Source: an uncultured Verrucomicrobiae bacterium (GTDB taxonomy: Bacteria; Verrucomicrobiota; Verrucomicrobiia; Chthoniobacterales; Chthoniobacteraceae). From it: a stretch of DNA of 64,000 bases. Below the pieces are notes generated by a model, which was given only the letters and a program-made list of their open reading frames with translations, was not told where the DNA came from and made no database searches. The stretch lies in assembly GCA_963828525.1 (NCBI GenBank), contig CAWHEP010000009.1:128001-192000 (forward strand), written 5' to 3'. The translations under genes and the position numbers were made by a program. Positions 62,173-64,000 of this stretch are shown in pieces. Position 1 is the first letter of the stretch, and every line of letters starts with the position of its first letter.

Positions 62173-64000
62173 ATGTTAAGCCGGGGCTTCCTCCTACAGC
62201 TAGCGGTGACGATTTCCTCCACCCTGGTCGCGCTGTTCCTGCAATGGCGCGGTTTTGAGCCTTTGGCGCGGTCTGAAATCTTCATCCACGACGCCATTGC
62301 GCGGATCGGTCGCAAAGCTCCCGCCAACAAGGACCTCGTCTATCTGGCAATCGACAACGACTCCATCACCCTCGATCCGGTGGATTTGCAACAGTTCTTC
62401 GATCTCAGCAAAGCGGACGCGGGCAGCGCGAGCGCCTTGCGGATGATGAGCAGCGGGTGGCCCTGGCCGCGAGCGGTATATGCCTCCATTCTGGATCGCC
62501 TCTTCAAGGCAGGGGCAAAGGTGGTCGCGTTTGACCTGATCTTTCCGACTGCTACAGCGGACGACGCGGCCTTCCGCGCCGCTTTGGACAAGTTCCGGGG
62601 ATCAGTGGTGATTGGCTGCAATTTCGTAGATACGACCGTCCAAGGGATGGTGTCACAGGCCCCGCAGTTAAGCCGCCCGTGTGAGACGATCATCTCGCAA
62701 CGCAGTCCGCTGGACGCGCGAGTTGGGTATGTAAACTTCTGGCCCGATTTTGATGACGTTGTGCGAGGGGCGCGTCCCTCGACAACCTTCGAAAGCGTGA
62801 CAGGGAATAAGGAGACTTACGAATCGTTCACAGAGCGCATTGTTGAGAAGAGCGGTCTGCCCCATGCGGGAGTGGGTGACACGCAAAGCCACCTGATCCG
62901 CTTTACCGGAAAGCCGGGAACGTTTCCGGCGCGACCGGCGTTTGAAATCTTCGTGCCCGAATATTGGAACAAGAATTATGGAGGCGGCGATTTTTTTCGC
63001 GGGAAGGTGGTTGTGGTAGGCGCGTTCGGGAACTGGCAGCACGATGAGCATGAGACACCGTTCGGGAAGATGCCCGGGCCGGAGCTCCAGATCAATGTGC
63101 TGAACGCGTTGATTCACAATGAGTTTATTCAGGAGCCGACAGGATTGCAGGAGTGGTGCTTCGTGGCCGCGGGAGGAATCCTGTCGTGGCTTGCGTGGCG
63201 ATGCATCCGGAGGCCGGCTCCACGGTTCATGGCCGCGGCGGTGATAACCTTGCTTTGGCTCGGCGCGGATTTCGAGATCTACAACCACGCCAGCACTTAC
63301 ATACTCGCGTTCACTCCCCTGCTGTTGCTCAACATAAACACGGCGCTGTCCCTGGCGTACGACGTGACCAGTGAACGCAGGGAACGCCAGCGAGTGCGCC
63401 TGACCCTGGAAAGGTATGTCTCAAAAAACGTGGTTAAAGAGCTGCTGGACTTCCCGGCTGACTACGTTCACTCCCTTGGCGGAGTGGCGAAGCCGGTGAC
63501 AATCCTGTTTTCGGATATCCGCAATTTCACGCAGTTCACCTCGACGCACCAGCCCCATGAGGTAGTGGCGCAGTTGAACGAATATCTCTCCGGAATGGTG
63601 AGTTGCGTGTTTGAGCATGATGGGACGCTGGACAAATTCATGGGGGACGCGGTGATGGCGGTCTGGGGCAACGCCCGGAGCGCCGGCGCGGAAGCAGACG
63701 CCGCTCAGGCCGTGCGGGCGGCGCTCGCCATGCGAAGCCGCCTGGCGGAGCTGAACAAGCGATGGCGCGCGGAGGGTCGCGCGACGTTGCGCATCGGGAT
63801 CGCGCTGAACCATGGGACAGTGATCGTCGGCAACGTAGGCTCGGAACAGCGGATGGAGTTCACGGTTATTGGCGCCGCAGTGAACGTGGGCTGGCGTCTT
63901 CAGGAGTTAACCAAGCGGCTGGGCGCCGATCTTCTCATCGGCGAATCGGTGGAGCAGTTGACCCGAAAGGAATTCACGATGGAACAAATCACAACCTTTA
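62173..64000 (+). CDS. CHASE2-domain class III adenylate cyclase (partial, runs off window)
   Basis: Manual frame +1 translation, absent from ORF track: N-terminal TM, CHASE2 WPWPRAVY..LFKAGAKVVAFDLIF and TPFGKMPGPE, TMs, then TILFSDIRNFT, LDKFMGDAVMA, EFTVIGAAVNVGWRL. Confidence 0.92.
   Translation, partial: MLSRGFLLQLAVTISSTLVALFLQWRGFEPLARSEIFIHDAIARIGRKAPANKDLVYLAIDNDSITLDPVDLQQFFDLSKADAGSASALRMMSSGWPWPRAVYASILDRLFKAGAKVVAFDLIFPTATADDAAFRAALDKFRGSVVIGCNFVDTTVQGMVSQAPQLSRPCETIISQRSPLDARVGYVNFWPDFDDVVRGARPSTTFESVTGNKETYESFTERIVEKSGLPHAGVGDTQSHLIRFTGKPGTFPARPAFEIFVPEYWNKNYGGGDFFRGKVVVVGAFGNWQHDEHETPFGKMPGPELQINVLNALIHNEFIQEPTGLQEWCFVAAGGILSWLAWRCIRRPAPRFMAAAVITLLWLGADFEIYNHASTYILAFTPLLLLNINTALSLAYDVTSERRERQRVRLTLERYVSKNVVKELLDFPADYVHSLGGVAKPVTILFSDIRNFTQFTSTHQPHEVVAQLNEYLSGMVSCVFEHDGTLDKFMGDAVMAVWGNARSAGAEADAAQAVRAALAMRSRLAELNKRWRAEGRATLRIGIALNHGTVIVGNVGSEQRMEFTVIGAAVNVGWRLQELTKRLGADLLIGESVEQLTRKEFTMEQITTF

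Overview
GC-rich bacterial chromosomal segment, most likely Verrucomicrobiota (Chthoniobacterales/Spartobacteria-like; inferred from gene content and protein style, not from a marker search). About 60 densely packed genes, mostly housekeeping: rlmI-like, degP-like, pfp, mtgA, pyrE, ychF, moxR-DUF58-tgpA, hflX, thiD, fabI, glcD-like, serS, tRNA-Gln(UUG), folP-cdaA-glmM-bioD, pstSCAB-phoU, leuA, argH, tatC, fur, pilD, and a CP-ATP-grasp/alpha-E pair. No mobile elements, CRISPR or rRNA seen. About a dozen 1-2 nt frameshifts, including in argH and hflX, look like long-read consensus errors. Most notable: (1) a candidate trans-envelope cAMP signalling module at 56.7-64 kb (outer-membrane beta-barrel, FecR/(PT)60/beta-helix exoprotein, divergent CHASE2 adenylate cyclase, cNMP-binding histidine kinase) with three sigma54-type -24/-12 motifs; a fourth precedes a 1693-aa coiled-coil gene; (2) a 49-aa membrane-anchor-only CdaR-like ORF between cdaA and glmM, absent from the ORF track; (3) a Leu-rich leader peptide with alternative hairpins and no U-tract terminator upstream of leuA; (4) many apparently leaderless promoters.
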